The position numbers and the translations under genes are program-made. A stretch of DNA of 64,000 nt. Source: Synergistaceae bacterium (GTDB lineage Bacteria; Synergistota; Synergistia; Synergistales; Aminobacteriaceae). The notes below the pieces were generated by a model that searched no databases, had not been told where the DNA came from, and saw only the letters and a list, made by a program, of their open reading frames with translations. The DNA is taken from contig JALHFZ010000002.1 of NCBI GenBank assembly GCA_022837505.1, positions 11,214 through 75,213 of the forward strand, written 5' to 3'. Within the stretch, counting starts at the first letter, position 1. The number at the start of each line of letters is the position of its first letter. Positions 63,706 to 64,000 of the stretch are shown here, in pieces.

Positions 63706-64000
63706 AGATCCTTCCTCCTTGTTCAGCGCTGCCCACTGTTTTTAAACCGGTAGACGACCATCAGCCGGAGTGAAGCCTCCCGAAGGGGAGCCCACCGGCG
63801 CGGTCGTCTGCCTGTTCTCTTTCCTCTTTCTGAACGGGCTTGTTCAGAGATTATATACCAAAGGGCTCCCCTTGTGGCAGAGGAGCCCCTATTCCTGAAT
63901 CCCCGGATTCCCGGGGTAAAAAATTTTTTCCCGGAGGATGGCTGTTTGCTTTCAGTGCATCGGCTTTTTATTTGCCGGAACAGCTTTTAATCATTGAAGC

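Noticed and set aside
1-64000. CRISPR arrays, transposases, integrases, toxin-antitoxin pairs or recognisable defence islands.
   Set aside because: No regularly spaced direct repeats and no ORFs with the corresponding motifs were found on either strand.

Overview
64-kb window from a high-GC bacterium (about 60% by eye) with two lower-GC patches. Gene order and RNA regulators look Firmicutes-like or Synergistota-like, but the lineage cannot be fixed without a search. Almost all real genes are on the minus strand in tightly coupled operons, many with 4-nt ATGA or GTGA overlaps. Most long plus-strand ORFs in the track are antisense shadow ORFs typical of high-GC DNA.

Content is mainly housekeeping:
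- Envelope precursors and c-di-AMP: glmU (partial), glmS with its ribozyme, galU, glmM, cdaR, cdaA.
- Replication and repair: dnaE, dnaX, holA, a dinG-like helicase, nfo, mutS2, dut, thyX.
- Translation: pheST, thrS with a T-box, leuS, infC-rpmI-rplT, rpsO, rpmE, rpmH, rpsT, prfA-prmC, alaX, tRNA-Gln, tRNA-Arg.
- The rpmH-rnpA-yidD-yidC-jag cluster, lgt, htrA, trkAH, pyk, pnp, trxB, a fliS/flgN pair, zapA and cvpA.

No CRISPR array, transposase, integrase or recognisable defence system was seen.

Observations worth a second look:
- The glmS ribozyme cleavage site lies one nucleotide after the galU stop codon.
- Three genes lack canonical start codons: infC (AUA), mutS2 (CUG), and an M48 peptidase that begins right after an in-frame TAG.
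- rpsT (S20) appears interrupted.
- An A7 homopolymer puts an SD-ATG out of frame with a ~940-aa orphan secreted TPR-like protein. That gene sits in a lower-GC block with an orphan OmpR-type regulator.
- A low-GC islet beside tRNA-Arg encodes an SLH-domain protein.
- A HutP-family regulator has no hut operon nearby.
- A thioredoxin reductase carries a Cys-less thioredoxin-like tail.

All family calls come from motif recognition by eye. No database search was run.
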